64,000 nucleotides of DNA from the human T2T-CHM13v2.0 reference genome, Homo sapiens. The stretch lies in assembly GCF_009914755.1 (NCBI RefSeq), contig NC_060946.1; one strand, written 5' to 3'. Shown here piece after piece: positions 61,400 through 64,000 of this stretch. Under the pieces are notes generated by a model. That model was not told the origin of the DNA, ran no database searches, and saw only the letters and a program-made list of their open reading frames with translations. The translations under genes were made by a program, and so were the position numbers. Position 1 is the stretch's first letter, and each line of letters starts with the position of its first letter.

Positions 61400-61930
61400 T
61401 GGGCAGATGAGAAGAAATGAGATGGCGGAAGGGTACAAAGGTGTATTCACCAGAAGAGACGCAGTGTAAAGGAAGAATTCTCAGGAGGGGAGAAGATGAG
61501 CTCTGCACTGAAGATGCTAAGTTTAAAGGTGCCAGTAGGACAGATGGGGTAATTCACATACCAAGGGAGTAAGTTGATCCATGAGAAGAAGCCACAGAAC
61601 CTGCAGGTGACCTGCCTTTGAAGGGCAGGAAGAGAGACGCTGACACAGGTGATTGGATGGGAGTTCTCAAAGAATCCAGGGCATCCGGAGAGAGTCCTCT
61701 TCAAGGAAGGCAGACAGAAAGGCTTCTAAACAAGGAAGGAGATGGTCAATGGCATGAAGTGCCACTGCAGAGTTCAGAAAAGATGAGGATAGAAGAAAGG
61801 TGCTTAGATCTGACAACTAGGTCATCAACAGCACACAGCAGCAGCTTGTGGGAAGGAAGCCAGGTTTGGGTGGCAAAGCTAAGAAAGTGAAAACTTTAGC
61901 CACAGGCTCTTCTTTGAAGCCTAGTGATGA
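61400..61930 (-). mobile_element. Degenerate L2 fragment(s)
   Basis: gatgagctctg...atgctaagttt.aggtgcc.gtagga; agatgaggat.gaagaaa...ttagatctgacaac. Confidence 0.5.
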
Positions 61931-62209
61931 AGGAGGAGTGAGAAGTAAGCGACGTTGAGAAAGACAACTCTGAGGGTACCTTCCATGCCAGCACCCAGCA
62001 CCCCTGTGGTTTCCCCAAAGGAACACACTGAAGTCTAAAGTCCCAGTCCCTAACGTTGTGCCCAACACCAATGTTAGCTTCAGTAAAGAATTACTAAATG
62101 AATGCATGCATAAACGGATGAATGAGAAAACATAATAATGCTACAAGAAGAGAAGGAAAAAAGTTCTTTGTGCATAAATTTGGTGTATAGCATTCCCTAG
62201 CTTTACTCA

Positions 62210-62928
<719 letters not shown>

Positions 62929-63829
62929 CCACTATATTACCTCTCAAAAATTCTCCCAGCCTTAATAGTTCCTTTAATGGTTCCTGGAGGAATGTGCTTG
63001 AACACTGGAAGGCATGGGGACTACTAAAACCCCTCCTCCTCCCTGCACCTGCACTGCAATCAGATGAAAACTGATGACTGGCAGAAAAATCCAGCCACCA
63101 TCTGGCTGTTCAAGGACCCCTCCTGGGTGCTAACAGCATTGCCATTCAAGATAATGAAGATTAAAACCAACAGTGATCCAGGGGGACAGGTCCTCAGGAG
63201 GCAGCCCGGGTTGGAGTTAACCCATTCTGAGCCAAGGAGCTCCCAGTCATCCTAAGAAGAAACCACCATTCCCTACAAGGGTGAAGGCAGGAGGCAGACA
63301 AGGCCCCTGCTTGAGAGATTATAGATGACTTGTCCAAGGAAAGGATGAGATGGAAGCAAAAGTGCTTTGGCAAGATAATGTCTGTGGGAAGATGAGGAAT
63401 TCTCTCACAATGACAGATGTAACATACCATGTGCCCACCAGTCAACAAGGTCCTTTGGGCCGGGTGCCAACCATGCTCTCTGCTCATTTATTAAAGCAAC
63501 CGTGTGTGCTCCCACCGTGACACCCAAGGCCTGAGACCCATGGCCACTCTGTCTTCAAGAGACACTCCATCTGTAAAATTTACAGAGAGACACTGTCCAG
63601 CTAAATCAAATTCCATAAGCAAATGCTGACCACATTTGATTATAACATAAAACTTAGGGGAGCTCTACAGTGAAGAAGAAACCAACACCATGCAGATGCC
63701 GAGGCAAAGGGAGCTGGCTGCTGTCGAGTTCTTCCTTCCTTCCAGCTCACAGGTGAAGGAATTGTCAGGGACACATTTCCTCCAGGAGAGGCAGGAGGAA
63801 ATGGTTCAAAGCTGACTCTTGTGCCAGAT

Positions 63830-63975
63830 GGCCTGCCTTTGAACTCCAGCTCTGCTACTTATCAGCTGTGTGACCTTGGACAATTTATTGAACATTTCCC
63901 TGCCTCAGTTTCCTCAAGGGTGAAATGAGGATGCAACAAGTATCTAACTCCTACGGTTACTGTGAGAATTAAACA
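63830..63975 (+). mobile_element. MIR
   Basis: cagctctgctactt...agctgtgtgaccttggacaa...tgcctcagtttcctca...aaatgaggat. Confidence 0.8.
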
Positions 63976-64000
63976 CACCTCAAGCAAAGCTGATACAAGC

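Overview
Primate (human-like) non-coding DNA, either intronic in a large gene or intergenic. About 28 Alus (AluJ, AluS and AluY types; 18 on +, 10 on -), most with readable target-site duplications (TSDs). Also present: one full-length THE1B MaLR provirus (LTR-int-LTR), about ten solo LTRs (THE1A/C/D, MLT1, MLT2, MER21), a 5'-truncated L1PA, old L1M, L2 and MIR fragments, hAT-Charlie DNA transposons (MER5A, MER20, MER33) and several microsatellites. I could not recognise any protein-coding exon, RNA gene or CpG-island promoter; nearly all listed ORFs come from Alu, LTR or simple-repeat sequence. I found no evidence for a new biological system. The most unusual structures are local rearrangements: a fold-back plus tandem duplication at a MER21 LTR end (37.35-37.53 kb), a diverged ~215-bp direct duplication of mostly unique sequence (47.4 and 50.1 kb), and a perfect triplication inside a THE1 LTR (58.7 kb). 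Other candidates are a few minus-strand cryptic exons, DUX4-type motifs in THE1 LTRs and a CTCF-like site. Subfamily names come from recalled consensus sequences, and boundaries of old repeats are approximate.
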